A stretch of DNA of 60,731 nt from assembly GCA_044235135.1 (NCBI GenBank), contig JBIIIE010000001.1, positions 1-60,731 of the forward strand, written 5' to 3'. The notes under the pieces are model-generated. The model did not search any database. It was not told the origin of the DNA and saw only the letters and a program-made list of their open reading frames with translations. Source of the DNA: Roseomonas sp. Its GTDB lineage: Bacteria; Pseudomonadota; Alphaproteobacteria; Acetobacterales; Acetobacteraceae. Of this stretch, positions 48,831-60,731 are shown one piece after another. Position numbers and translations under genes: made by a program. Every line of letters begins with the position of its first letter. Within the stretch, counting starts at the first letter, position 1.

Positions 48831-50434
48831 GCATTTTGCGCAGCACGCTGGATACAGGCAGCGAGAGTTTCTCCGCCAATGCCGCCGCGATGGCGGCGCT
48901 GGTGGCGGATTTGCAAAAAACCGTCGCTGCTGCCGAACAGGGCGGCGGCAAGGCTGCGCGTGACAAGCACCTCGCGCGCAATAAGCTGCTGCCGCGCGAA
49001 AGGGTGCGCGCGCTTATTGATCCAGGCTCACCTTTTCTGGAGCTGTCGCAACTTGCCGCGCATGGGCTTTATGGCGGGGAAGTCCCCTGTGCCGGCATCA
49101 TTTCCGGCATTGGGCGCGTATCAGGGCGCGAATGTGTGATCATCGCGAATGATGCCACGGTAAAGGGTGGCACTTATTTCCCGATGACGGTGAAGAAGCA
49201 TGTGCGCGCGCAGGAAATCGCACGTGCCAATCGCCTGCCCTGCATTTATCTGGTGGATTCCGGCGGTGCCTTTCTGCCGCAACAGGATGAAATCTTCCCG
49301 GACCGGGATCATTTTGGCCGCATCTTCTTTAACCAGGCGAATATGTCGGCGGAAGGCATTCCTCAAATCGCTGTGGTGATGGGGAGCTGCACGGCGGGCG
49401 GCGCCTATGTGCCCGCCATGTCGGATGAAAGCATCATCGTGCGCCAGCAGGGCACCATCTTTTTGGGTGGCCCCCCCTTGGTGCGCGCCGCAACCGGTGA
49501 GGTTGTCACCGCCGAGGAATTGGGTGGCGCAGATGTCCATGCGCGCCAATCCGGCGTGGTGGACCATTACGCGCAGGATGATCGCCATGCTTTGGCGATT
49601 TGTCGGCGCATCATCGCCGGCCTGGGGCAGCGCATCGCGCCGCAAGTGGCGCTGCGGGCGCCACGCGCACCGCTTTATGACACGCAGGAATTGCTGGGCG
49701 TTGTGCCCGCCGATATCCGCGCGCCCTATGATGTGCGCGAAGTGATTGCGCGCCTGGTGGATGGCAGCGAGTTTGATGAATTCAAGCGGCTTTATGGGAC
49801 AACATTGGTTTGCGGTTTTGCGCATCTCCATGGTTATCCCATCGGCATTCTTGCCAATAATGGCATCCTGTTTTCAGAATCCGCCCTGAAGGGCGCGCAT
49901 TTCATTGAACTTTGCTGCCAGCGCGGCATTCCCTTGCTGTTCTTGCAGAATATCTCTGGCTTCATGGTAGGGCGGAAATATGAAGCGGGCGGCATTGCGC
50001 GGGATGGCGCGAAGCTGGTCACCGCAGTTGCGACCGCAGGCGTGCCGAAATTCACCGTTGTGATCGGCGGCAGCTATGGCGCTGGCAATTACGGCATGTG
50101 TGGGCGTGCGTATGATCCGCGTTTCATGTTCATGTGGCCCAATGCGCGGATTTCGGTCATGGGCGGCGAACAGGCGGCAAGCGTGCTGGCGCAACTCCGG
50201 CGTGACAATATGGAAGCACAAGGCAAGCCATGGCCGGCTGAGGAGGAGGAGGCCTTCAAATCCCCGATCCGTGCCAAATACGAAGCCGAAGGCCATCCCT
50301 ATTATGCCAGCGCGCGGCTTTGGGATGATGGCATCATCAACCCTGCTGATACGCGACGTATTCTGGGTCTTTCGCTTGCTGTCGCCTGCAATGCACCGAT
50401 TGAACAGACACGCTTCGGCGTGTTCCGGATGTAG
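48827..50434 (+). CDS. liuB: 3-methylcrotonyl-CoA carboxylase beta subunit
   Basis: [42 protein letters not shown]. Confidence 0.94.
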   Translation: MSILRSTLDTGSESFSANAAAMAALVADLQKTVAAAEQGGGKAARDKHLARNKLLPRERVRALIDPGSPFLELSQLAAHGLYGGEVPCAGIISGIGRVSGRECVIIANDATVKGGTYFPMTVKKHVRAQEIARANRLPCIYLVDSGGAFLPQQDEIFPDRDHFGRIFFNQANMSAEGIPQIAVVMGSCTAGGAYVPAMSDESIIVRQQGTIFLGGPPLVRAATGEVVTAEELGGADVHARQSGVVDHYAQDDRHALAICRRIIAGLGQRIAPQVALRAPRAPLYDTQELLGVVPADIRAPYDVREVIARLVDGSEFDEFKRLYGTTLVCGFAHLHGYPIGILANNGILFSESALKGAHFIELCCQRGIPLLFLQNISGFMVGRKYEAGGIARDGAKLVTAVATAGVPKFTVVIGGSYGAGNYGMCGRAYDPRFMFMWPNARISVMGGEQAASVLAQLRRDNMEAQGKPWPAEEEEAFKSPIRAKYEAEGHPYYASARLWDDGIINPADTRRILGLSLAVACNAPIEQTRFGVFRM

Positions 50435-50443
50435 GGGGCGGCC

Positions 50444-52441
50444 ATGTTCCAAAACCTGCTGATCGCCAATCGCGGCGAAATCGCCTGCCGCATCATCCAC
50501 ACCGCGCGCCGCATGGGCCTGCGCAGTATTGCGGTTTTTTCCGCTGCCGATGAAACCACGCAGCATGTGCAGATGGCCGATGAGGCGATCCATATCGGTG
50601 CCGCGCCTGCGCGTGAAAGCTATTTGAACATCCCCGCCATCATCGCCGCTGCGAAGCGCGCGGGGGCGGATGCGATCCATCCTGGTTATGGGTTTCTGTC
50701 TGAAAACCCTGCTTTCGCGGAAGCTTGTGCGGCGGCTGGGATCATCTTTGTTGGCCCAACGGCTTCTGCCATGCGCGCCATGGGTTCCAAGGGCTCGGCC
50801 AAGGCGTTGATGGAAAAGGCCGGTGTGCCGCTGCTGCCGGGCTATCATGGCGCGGAGCAGGATGCGGTGTTTCTGGCAGGTGAAGCTGAGCGCATCGGCT
50901 TTCCGCTGGTGATCAAGGCCGTTGCCGGCGGTGGCGGGCGTGGCATGCGCGTGGTTCGTGCGGCAGCGGATTTCGCAGACGCGCTGCAGTCGGCACGGCA
51001 GGAAGGCGCCTCGGCCTTCGGTGATGATCGCGTTTTGATCGAACGCTATCTGGAACGCCCGCGCCATATTGAAGTGCAGGTTTTTGGCGATAGCCACGGC
51101 AATGCCGTGCATTTGTTTGAACGCGATTGTTCTGCGCAGCGCCGCCACCAGAAGGTGATTGAAGAAGCCCCCGCGCCTGGCATCAGCACTGAAATGCGGG
51201 ACGCCATGGGTGCGGCCGCCGTCGCCGCCGCCAAGGCCGTGCAATACCAAGGCGCGGGCACGGTGGAATTCATCGCGCAGGATGGTGGCTTTTATTTTCT
51301 CGAGATGAATACACGCCTGCAGGTGGAACATCCGGTGACGGAAGCCATCACCGGCTTTGATCTGGTGGAATGGCAATTGCGTGTGGCGGCTGGTGAAAAG
51401 CTTCCGGTGCAGCAGAAGGATATCCGCGCCCAAGGCCATGCGATGGAACTCCGCCTTTATGCTGAAGACCCGGCGCGGGATTTCGCACCTTCCATTGGCG
51501 CGCTTCAGGTTTTCCGACTTGCCGATCAGGGCTTGCGCATTGATAGCGGCTTTGTCGCCGGTGATCGCATCAGCATCCATTACGATGCCATGGTCGCGAA
51601 AATGATCGCTCATGCGCCAACACGGGCCGAGGCGATTGCGCGGCTGCGCGCGGGGCTCGCGCATTCGGATGTCATCGGTGTTGCGCATAATCTGGACATG
51701 CTGGACCGCATTCTGGCGCATCCTGATTTCGCTGCCGGCGGCATTGATACCGGTTTTATTGGGCGCAACGCCGAAACACTGCTGACGCCGAAGCTGCACC
51801 CCTCTGCGCAAACGCTGGCCCTTGCCGCGCTTGGTGTGCTCGCCCTGGAAGAGGAAACTGCGCAGACGCAAGCGGCGGCCAGCGCCGATCCGCATTCGCC
51901 CTGGCATGCGACGGATCATTGGTGGGTCAATACACGCCCGTCCCGCGTGTTTGATTTCCACCTTGAAGATGATGTGCATGCCATCACGCTTTCACCTGCG
52001 TCGGATGGCTGGCGCATCATGGCGGGTGATACGGAAATCACCGCGCGGCATGCCACGCTTGCGGATGGGCGCATTCACGCGCTGCTGGATGGCATGCGCC
52101 TTTCCGCTTCCATCCATCGCGCGGATGAGGCGATAAGTTTGCGCCATGCCGGCCAAAGCTGGCGCTTCCGCCTGCCTGATCCCATCGCGCGTGCTGGTGA
52201 GGAAGAAGGCGGCGATGACCGTCTGCTGGCACCCCTGCCTGGGCAGGTCACGCAGCTAATGGCGAGCGAAGGCCAGGAAGTCGCGCGCGGCGATGTGCTG
52301 GTAGTGCTGGAGGCGATGAAGACCGTGTTTCGCCTGACCGCGCCACGCGTCGGCAGGATTGAAACCATTTCCTGCCGTGTTGGTGAGACAGTGCGCGAAG
52401 GGCAAATCCTGATTCAATTCGCCGCCGCGGAAGCTGAATAG
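50444..52441 (+). CDS. liuD: 3-methylcrotonyl-CoA carboxylase alpha subunit (biotin carboxylase plus BCCP)
   Basis: IANRGEIA, HPGYGFLSE, RDCSAQRRHQK, EMNTRLQVEH, C-terminal EAMK biotinylation site. Confidence 0.92.
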   Translation: MFQNLLIANRGEIACRIIHTARRMGLRSIAVFSAADETTQHVQMADEAIHIGAAPARESYLNIPAIIAAAKRAGADAIHPGYGFLSENPAFAEACAAAGIIFVGPTASAMRAMGSKGSAKALMEKAGVPLLPGYHGAEQDAVFLAGEAERIGFPLVIKAVAGGGGRGMRVVRAAADFADALQSARQEGASAFGDDRVLIERYLERPRHIEVQVFGDSHGNAVHLFERDCSAQRRHQKVIEEAPAPGISTEMRDAMGAAAVAAAKAVQYQGAGTVEFIAQDGGFYFLEMNTRLQVEHPVTEAITGFDLVEWQLRVAAGEKLPVQQKDIRAQGHAMELRLYAEDPARDFAPSIGALQVFRLADQGLRIDSGFVAGDRISIHYDAMVAKMIAHAPTRAEAIARLRAGLAHSDVIGVAHNLDMLDRILAHPDFAAGGIDTGFIGRNAETLLTPKLHPSAQTLALAALGVLALEEETAQTQAAASADPHSPWHATDHWWVNTRPSRVFDFHLEDDVHAITLSPASDGWRIMAGDTEITARHATLADGRIHALLDGMRLSASIHRADEAISLRHAGQSWRFRLPDPIARAGEEEGGDDRLLAPLPGQVTQLMASEGQEVARGDVLVVLEAMKTVFRLTAPRVGRIETISCRVGETVREGQILIQFAAAEAE

Positions 52442-52443
52442 GT

Positions 52444-53409
52444 TCAGGCTGGCTTCGCCCCAGTGGCGCGCAGGATCGGCACCCATTTGTCGGTCTCGGC
52501 GCGGATGAAGCGCGCGGATGCGGCGGGATCATTCGGCATGGGGTCAATGCCGGCATCGGCGAAGCGCTGACGAATGGCGGGATCATTCAGCACTGCCGTC
52601 ACCGCCGTTGAAAGCGTGGTGATGATCTCGGCTTGCGTGCCTGCCGGCGCGTAAAGCGCCTGCCAGGATGAAGAAGCATAGCCCGGCACGCCGGCTTCCT
52701 GAAGCGTTGGCAAATCCGGCAGCAATTGTGAACGCCGCATTGTGGTCACGGCCAGGCCGCGCGCCCTGCCGTCTCGCACCAAAGGCGCCAGCAGGGTTTG
52801 GCTGTCAATCACGAAATCCACGCGCCCGGCGACAAAATCCGTCACCGCCGCTGGCGTGCCGCGATATTGCACAATGGTGAAATCCACGCCCGCAAGCTTT
52901 TTCAGCAATTCGCCCGAAAGATGCGATGCCGCACCAATGCCTGTGGTGGCGAAGGTTGCTTCGCCACGCCTTTCGCGCAGCCAGGCCAGCAATTGCGGCA
53001 CATCCCGCACCGGCAGCGATGGATGCACCGCCAGCAGGAAGCTTTGATCGCCCAGCGTTGAAATCGGGATGAAATCAGTGATCGAATCAAACCCGGCTTC
53101 GGGATAAAGCGCTGGGATCACGCTATGCGCAGCGCCATTCAGCAAAAGCGTATGCCCATCCGGCGTGGCGCGTGCCACGGTCCGCGCGCCGATGGTGCTG
53201 CCGGCCCCTGGTTGATTTTCCACCACCACGGGCTGCCCGAGCATACGCGGCAAGGGTTCCGTGACAATGCGCGCCACCACATCAATAACGCCGCCGGCGG
53301 CGAAGGGCACAACCACGCGGATGGGCCGCGATGGGTAGCGGCCCTGCGCCAAAGCAGGGGCGGCGAGCGCACTTCCGGCAAGCGCGAATAGGGCACGACG
53401 TTGCAGCAT
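52444..53409 (-). CDS. Bug/TctC receptor
   Basis: VVPFAAGGVIDVVAR, VENQPGA, DGHTL, YRGT. Confidence 0.92.
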   Translation of the reverse strand: MLQRRALFALAGSALAAPALAQGRYPSRPIRVVVPFAAGGVIDVVARIVTEPLPRMLGQPVVVENQPGAGSTIGARTVARATPDGHTLLLNGAAHSVIPALYPEAGFDSITDFIPISTLGDQSFLLAVHPSLPVRDVPQLLAWLRERRGEATFATTGIGAASHLSGELLKKLAGVDFTIVQYRGTPAAVTDFVAGRVDFVIDSQTLLAPLVRDGRARGLAVTTMRRSQLLPDLPTLQEAGVPGYASSSWQALYAPAGTQAEIITTLSTAVTAVLNDPAIRQRFADAGIDPMPNDPAASARFIRAETDKWVPILRATGAKPA

Positions 53410-53502
53410 GGGACTTCTCCTTCTTTTGGATATTCTTGACGTCACGCGTCGCCTAAGGGCTGAGAACGAAGGTTACAGACGGATGGGACATGGCGTTTCC
53501 CG

Positions 53503-54450
53503 TCACGCTTTCGGTGGATGCTGCGCCCACCAATGGCGCGCGATATCGGCGCGGCGACACACCCAAACATCCGGTGTTGCCGCCACCTTATCCAGAAAGC
53601 GCGCCAGCGCCGCGGCCCGCCCAGGCCGCCCGATCAGCCGACAATGCAGGCCAACCGACATCATTTTCGGCGCCCCTGCCCGGCCTTCCGCGAGCAAAGT
53701 CTCGAAGGAATCCGTGACATATTGCTCCCACCCATCCGGCGCGGTGAAGCCGGGGGGCACCGCATATTTCATGTCATTATTGTCGAGCGTATAGGGAATG
53801 ATCAGCATCGGTTTTCCTGCCGCCGTCACGTAAAACGGCAGATCATCCGCGTATGAATCCGAATCATACAGAAACCCGCCATGTTCCGCGACCAGGCGGC
53901 GCGTATTGGGGCTGATGCGGCCCGTATACCAGCCAACGGGGCGTGTGCCCGTCAGGCGTTCGATAACCTCAACACAGCGCGCAATCTCCGCACGCTCCGT
54001 CGCCTCATCCACGCTGTGATAATCAATCCAACGCCAGGCATGGGAAGCAACCTCATGCCCCGCATCGGCGAAGGCGCGCGCCACGGTTGGGTTCAATTCC
54101 AACGCACGGCCCACACCATAAACGGTAAGCGGCAGCTTGCGCGCAGCGAAGGCGCGCAGAATACGCCATACGCCGGCGCGCGCACCGTAATCGAATTGGC
54201 TTTCCACCGTGCGATTGCGTTCACCGATAATCGGCGACCCTCCCGGCACTTCATGCAAATACAATTCGCTGCCGGCATCGCCATTCAGCACGGTATTCTC
54301 TCCGCCTTCTTCGTAGTTCAGCACGAAGGAAAGCGCGAGCTTCGCACCATTCGGCCATTTCGGATCGGGCGGGCTGGCGCCATAGCCCAGGAAATCGCGC
54401 GGGTAATCAGTCTCCGCCGCCATCATATGGGAAGTGTCGGTCATGCCCAT
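53503..54450 (-). CDS. puuE: PuuE-type allantoinase / polysaccharide-deacetylase-fold protein
   Basis: YPRDFLGYG, NYEEGGE, GWYTGR, YADDLP, PYTLDNND, VGLHCRL. Confidence 0.85.
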   Translation of the reverse strand: MGMTDTSHMMAAETDYPRDFLGYGASPPDPKWPNGAKLALSFVLNYEEGGENTVLNGDAGSELYLHEVPGGSPIIGERNRTVESQFDYGARAGVWRILRAFAARKLPLTVYGVGRALELNPTVARAFADAGHEVASHAWRWIDYHSVDEATERAEIARCVEVIERLTGTRPVGWYTGRISPNTRRLVAEHGGFLYDSDSYADDLPFYVTAAGKPMLIIPYTLDNNDMKYAVPPGFTAPDGWEQYVTDSFETLLAEGRAGAPKMMSVGLHCRLIGRPGRAAALARFLDKVAATPDVWVCRRADIARHWWAQHPPKA

Positions 54451-54457
54451 CCTCTCC

Positions 54458-54775
54458 TCACGCCAGTTTCAGCCCGATAATGCCAGCAGTGATCAGCGCC
54501 ACGGAAGCCCAGCGTAGCGCGGTATTCGCATCACCGAATAGCGTAATGCCCACCAGAAAGGCGCCAACGGCACCAATGCCGGTCCAAACGGCATAGGCGG
54601 TGCCGACAGGAATCTCCCGCAGCGCCAGCAGCAGCAAGCCGCCACTCGCGACAATGCAGGCGATGGCGAAGGCCAGCCAGCCATAACGCAACCCGCCCGC
54701 AGCCCAACCGAGCTTGAGGCCAATCGGCCAGCCAATTTCGCAAAGCCCCGCCAACAGCAAATACCACCAGCCCAT
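54458..54775 (-). CDS. SMR-family transporter (SugE/Gdx-like)
   Basis: Four TMs, membrane Glu (AGLCEIGW), GTAYAVWTGIG, GIIGLKL. Confidence 0.9.
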   Translation of the reverse strand: MGWWYLLLAGLCEIGWPIGLKLGWAAGGLRYGWLAFAIACIVASGGLLLLALREIPVGTAYAVWTGIGAVGAFLVGITLFGDANTALRWASVALITAGIIGLKLA

Positions 54776-54810
54776 GCGCTATCCTTCACGCTGAAAATCG
54801 CAAACGGCAT

Positions 54811-54840
54811 AAAAAAGGGCCAGTGCTTGACTGGCCCCTT
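54811..54840 (-). terminator. Rho-independent terminator after the DUF3597 gene
   Basis: Minus strand GGGCCAGT-CAAGC-ACTGGCCC-TTTTTT. Confidence 0.85.
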
Positions 54841-54861
54841 CAGTGACGGTGGGCAAATGCC

Positions 54862-55275
54862 TCAGCTCAACAGATCCGCCGGCACCGTACCACCGTTTTC
54901 GGCAACCTTTTTCATCACCTGCTTATGCAGCCAGATATTCATCGTGGCAGAGTCATTCATATCGCCGGTATAGCCAAGTTCGGTCGCCAGCTCCTTGCGG
55001 GCACCGAGGCTGCTGTCCAGGTTCAGCAGCTTCATCAAATCCACGATTGACGTACGCCAATTGAGCTTTTGTCCCGCTGCGGCAGCCTTGCTTTCCATCA
55101 GCGCCACAAGATCCACAGCGCTCAGCGCCTTCACCGGCTCAGCGGCGGCAGACGCAACGGCGGCAACCGCAGTAGTAGCAGCGGCGACAGCTTCCTTCGC
55201 CCCACCCGCTGCGGCAGCAGGCGCAGCTTCAGCGCGGCCGAAGATGCTGCCAATGATTCGCCCAAGAATGCTCAT
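54862..55275 (-). CDS. DUF3597-domain protein
   Basis: MSILGRI..IFG, Ala-rich linker, LNWRTSIVDLMKLL, DSATMNIWLHK. Confidence 0.9.
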   Translation of the reverse strand: MSILGRIIGSIFGRAEAAPAAAAGGAKEAVAAATTAVAAVASAAAEPVKALSAVDLVALMESKAAAAGQKLNWRTSIVDLMKLLNLDSSLGARKELATELGYTGDMNDSATMNIWLHKQVMKKVAENGGTVPADLLS

Positions 55276-55336
55276 GTGATCTGTTCCTTCCTGTCATTTT
55301 CATGAGGGAAGAGACACAATCGCCTTTCCCAAATCG

Positions 55337-55365
55337 AGAGTAGAATAATTGGTCACGTAAATCAA
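55337..55365 (-). promoter_or_regulatory. Putative sigma70 promoter of the DUF3597 gene
   Basis: Minus strand TTGATT-N17-TACTCT in an AT-rich spacer. Confidence 0.45.
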
Positions 55366-55444
55366 CGAAGGGGCGTTCGTAAAGATCAGGAACCAAGCGC
55401 GCCTGTCTTGGTCACTAGATGAAAATTACATCATGACGGGGGCC

Positions 55445-55487
55445 AAAAATACCTGAAGCGCCACCCACTTCCATGGATGGCGCTTCA
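55445..55487 (-). terminator. Terminator-like hairpin downstream of ilvC
   Basis: TGAAGCGCCA...TGGCGCTTCA stem followed by GGTATTTTT on the minus strand. Confidence 0.65.
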
Positions 55488-55536
55488 CTGCTTTTAGGAT
55501 GCTGGCTTCAGCTTTGCGGTGAAGCCGCCAAATCTC

Positions 55537-56712
<1,176 letters not shown>

Positions 56713-56737
56713 TTATGGGCTTTAGGTGAGGCCCCGT

Positions 56738-57598
56738 TCAGGCTGCCCGCTTCAAGGGCGCAGCATTCTCATTCGCGTATTTCACCAACGCCGCCCGATA
56801 CTTCTCCCGCCGCCATTGCAGCAGCCGCCAGGAAGCCTTGGCTGCCAGGTCGGAAACCCGCCCGCGCGGTTCAAGCCCGATGGTCTTGAAGATCATCCCC
56901 ATGCCGCGTTCGATATGCCGGAAGCGATAAAACCCAATCGCGCGGCCCATATAGGCCGTGGTGCAGCGTTCATGATCGTAAGGCGTGCCGTCAGGCTCAT
57001 TGGCGCTGTGGAAGGCGAAGGCGAGTTCATCATCCTCCGTCTCCCCAATGCGGCCCAGCGCCACGCGCAGGCGCTTGGAGAAGGATAGATTCTCCCGCGC
57101 CAGGTAGCGCTTCATATGATCGTAAAACAGCTTGAAGTGGCGGTATTCATCGGCGGCGATCAGGCGGCAGACCTGCTTCAGCGCCGGTTCTTCCGTGGCA
57201 TCACCAAGCGCAGAGTAATAGCTGCTGGTCCCGGTTTCCACCATGCAGCGCGCGATCAATTCCCCGGTACGACTGCCACGAATGGAAGCTTCCGCATCCA
57301 GTTGAATCTGATACCCTTTGCGATAGCGTTCGAAGGCCGCGGCAAAATCCCAAGCGGGATCAGCCAACATGCCCCAACGGCCAAGCGCATCGCCATGCTG
57401 CGTTTCCTCGACCCCCCAATGTTCGGCGGCCGCACAGAAATCGGGATCATCGGCGAAAACGCGCGTGAGGTAGGTGACGTAATCGGCCGCATTGCGCTCC
57501 ACCATGGCGGCAGCCTTGATCAGCGGCACAATCTCGGGATCAACCTTGGAAGGATCGAAACGATCCCAACCAACCTCATCAATATGCCAATGCTTCAT
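56738..57598 (-). CDS. Ferritin-like diiron-carboxylate protein (acyl-ACP-desaturase-like fold)
   Basis: MVE...EETQHG and MVETGTSSYY...ADEYRHF give two E..ExxH modules. Start trimmed to MKHW. Confidence 0.82.
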   Translation of the reverse strand: MKHWHIDEVGWDRFDPSKVDPEIVPLIKAAAMVERNAADYVTYLTRVFADDPDFCAAAEHWGVEETQHGDALGRWGMLADPAWDFAAAFERYRKGYQIQLDAEASIRGSRTGELIARCMVETGTSSYYSALGDATEEPALKQVCRLIAADEYRHFKLFYDHMKRYLARENLSFSKRLRVALGRIGETEDDELAFAFHSANEPDGTPYDHERCTTAYMGRAIGFYRFRHIERGMGMIFKTIGLEPRGRVSDLAAKASWRLLQWRREKYRAALVKYANENAAPLKRAA

Positions 57599-57705
57599 GA
57601 GCCTGCCCCGAGCGCCTTGCCATGACGGGCCTTCGCGGCCCTTCCTGCCTATGTTTTTGTGCCAAGATGCGGCGGTTTCAAGGCAGGCTTGCGCGCAACC
57701 CGCCC

Positions 57706-57736
57706 AAAAACAAACGGGCGGCCCAAGGACCGCCCG
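57706..57736 (-). terminator. Rho-independent terminator of the atp operon
   Basis: Minus strand CGGGCGGT-CCTTGG-GCCGCCCG-TTTGTTTTT. Confidence 0.8.
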
Positions 57737-57761
57737 CTGAAACTTGCACTTTGATAAGCTG

Positions 57762-58172
57762 TCAGGCCGCCAAAGCCGCTGCAACCATGGCCCGCGCCGA
57801 AAGCACGCGCGCCATGGCAGCTTCGCGCTTTTCCGGCGTTTCATTTGCCGCAGCGGAAAAGGCTTTCTCGGCCTCTGCCAGACGCTGCTCAGCCTCGGAT
57901 TTGGACAGAGAGGCAAGCGGTGTTGCCTCATCCGCCAGGATTGTCACGCGATCCGGCGCCACTTCGGCAAAGCCGCCGGCGACGAAAAGCTGTTCCGTCA
58001 CCTGGCCACCCTCACGCACGGAAATCACCCCGCCGCGCAAGGCGACAATCATGGGCGCATGGCCGGCCAGCACGCCCATTTCGCCTTCCGCTGCCGGGAT
58101 CACCGCCATCTCCACCGCGCGGGAGAGCAGCAGCTTTTCCGGTGAGACGAGTTCGAGTTGGAAACTCGCCAT
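57762..58172 (-). CDS. atpC: ATP synthase epsilon subunit
   Basis: LELVSPEK, EGEMGVLAGHAP, GGFAEV, TILA. Confidence 0.96.
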   Translation of the reverse strand: MASFQLELVSPEKLLLSRAVEMAVIPAAEGEMGVLAGHAPMIVALRGGVISVREGGQVTEQLFVAGGFAEVAPDRVTILADEATPLASLSKSEAEQRLAEAEKAFSAAANETPEKREAAMARVLSARAMVAAALAA

Positions 58173-58177
58173 GGTGA

Positions 58178-59620
<1,443 letters not shown>

Positions 59621-60493
59621 TTAAAGCGCTTCAGCGCCGGAGATGATTTCAATCAGCTCGCGGGTGATGTTCGCTTGACGTGTGCGATTGTAATTCAGCG
59701 TAAGCTTGTTGATCATTTCGCCCGCATTGCGCGTGGCGTTGTCCATGGCGGTCATCTGGCTGCCATAGAAGCCGGCGGCATTGTCCAGCAGGGCGCGATA
59801 GATCTGGATACCGAGGTTCTGCGGCAAAAGCCGCGCGAGGATTTCTTCTTCCGTCGGTTCAAATTCATAAAGCGCGCCGCCATCAGCGGCCACTTCCGGC
59901 AGCGGCGCCGGAATAAGCTGCTGGCCCACTGGCGTTTGGCTGATGACATTCTTGAAGCGGTTGTAGATCAGCGTGCAAATGTCGAATTCACCGGCATCCA
60001 GCATGTCGCTGATTTTGGCGCTGACTTCGGAAGCCTCTTCAAAGCCGATGCGCTTCTTATTGGCGAAGCTGATTTCGGCAACGATGCGGCTGGCGAATTC
60101 GCGCTTCAGATAGACAGCGCCCTTGCGGCCAACGGTGATGATCTTCACCGTCTTGCCTTCGGCTTCAAGCGCACGCACCTGGGCGCGCGCAAAGCGCCCC
60201 ACATTGGTGTTGAAGCCGCCGCAGAGACCGCGTTCGGCGGTCACCACCACCAGCAAATGCACCTTATCCGCGCCAGTGCCGACCAAGAGCTTCGGCGCAT
60301 CCGGCGAGCCGGCGACCGAAGCACCGAGCGAGGCGAGCATCCGCTCCATACGTTCGGCATAGGGGCGGGCTGCTTCCGCCTGAGTCTGCGCGCGGCGCAG
60401 CTTGGCGGCGGCCACCATCTTCATCGCCTGCGTGATCTTGCGCGTGGATTTCACGCTATTGATGCGCAGGCGGAGGCTTTTCAGGCTGGGCAT
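59621..60493 (-). CDS. atpG: ATP synthase gamma subunit
   Basis: [40 protein letters not shown]. Confidence 0.98.
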   Translation of the reverse strand: MPSLKSLRLRINSVKSTRKITQAMKMVAAAKLRRAQTQAEAARPYAERMERMLASLGASVAGSPDAPKLLVGTGADKVHLLVVVTAERGLCGGFNTNVGRFARAQVRALEAEGKTVKIITVGRKGAVYLKREFASRIVAEISFANKKRIGFEEASEVSAKISDMLDAGEFDICTLIYNRFKNVISQTPVGQQLIPAPLPEVAADGGALYEFEPTEEEILARLLPQNLGIQIYRALLDNAAGFYGSQMTAMDNATRNAGEMINKLTLNYNRTRQANITRELIEIISGAEAL

Positions 60494-60518
60494 GGATTAC
60501 GTTCCTGTCCGGCCCGCC

Positions 60519-60731
60519 TCAAGCGAAGGATTTGGTGAAGTTGTCAAGGAAGGCAACCAGCTTGGTTTCCGTATCCTTCTTGATCTCACGATCATTGCGG
60601 ATCGCGGTCACGATATCCGGCGCGGTTGACTTCAATTCGCCAAGCAGGCGGCTTTCAAAATCGCCCACCTTGTTCAGCGGCAGACGGTCCAGATAGCCAC
60701 GCGTGCCGGCGAAGATCGCAATCACCTGTTC
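60519..60731 (-). CDS. atpA: ATP synthase alpha subunit, 3' end (truncated by the window)
   Basis: EQVIAIFAGTRGYLD...FE; directly upstream of atpG. Confidence 0.93.
   Translation of the reverse strand, partial: EQVIAIFAGTRGYLDRLPLNKVGDFESRLLGELKSTAPDIVTAIRNDREIKKDTETKLVAFLDNFTKSFA

Noticed and set aside
53436-53451. TTGACGTCACGCGTC as a LiuR operator
   Set aside because: The right half does not match ACGT(A/C)AA and it is not at the liu promoter; more likely a -35-like element.
54776-54860. Guanidine riboswitch upstream of the SugE/Gdx-like gene
   Set aside because: No paired ACG(A/G)-loop hairpins or ykkC-like structure; the only stem is the upstream gene's terminator.

Overview
A GC-rich, gene-dense core-genome window from an alphaproteobacterium. 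Gene content and order (OmpA type, multiple Bug/TAXI receptors, cox and atp operons) suggest Acetobacteraceae/Roseomonas-like, which is an inference. Contents, in order: the aa3-type cytochrome c oxidase operon (cox3 cut by the left edge); an ArsR/SmtB regulator divergent from a TroABCD-type metal ABC importer; ompA; purEK; two DUF465 genes; trcR; ibpA with a ROSE thermometer; rpmE; pdxY; a TAXI-TRAP pair; an orphan AapJ; the MoxR/DUF58/DUF4159 and DUF1285/NudL/cca clusters; a run of small-acid catabolic genes; lutBC; leucine catabolism (liuA/B/D); puuE; an SMR transporter; ilvC; a ferritin-like diiron protein; and atpAGDC (atpA cut by the right edge). By eye I found no tRNA/rRNA, CRISPR array, transposase, integrase, phage or defence gene. 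The best candidates for something undescribed are three. (1) A zinc-type alpha5 SmtB repressor whose putative operator overlaps the start of a metal importer. (2) A permease in that importer carrying a fused DtxR-like domain. (3) An A1-type oxidase in which both Mg/Mn-site carboxylates are replaced by amides. All three are hypotheses from motif reading; no database search was run. Many start codons were trimmed from the ORF track by judgement.
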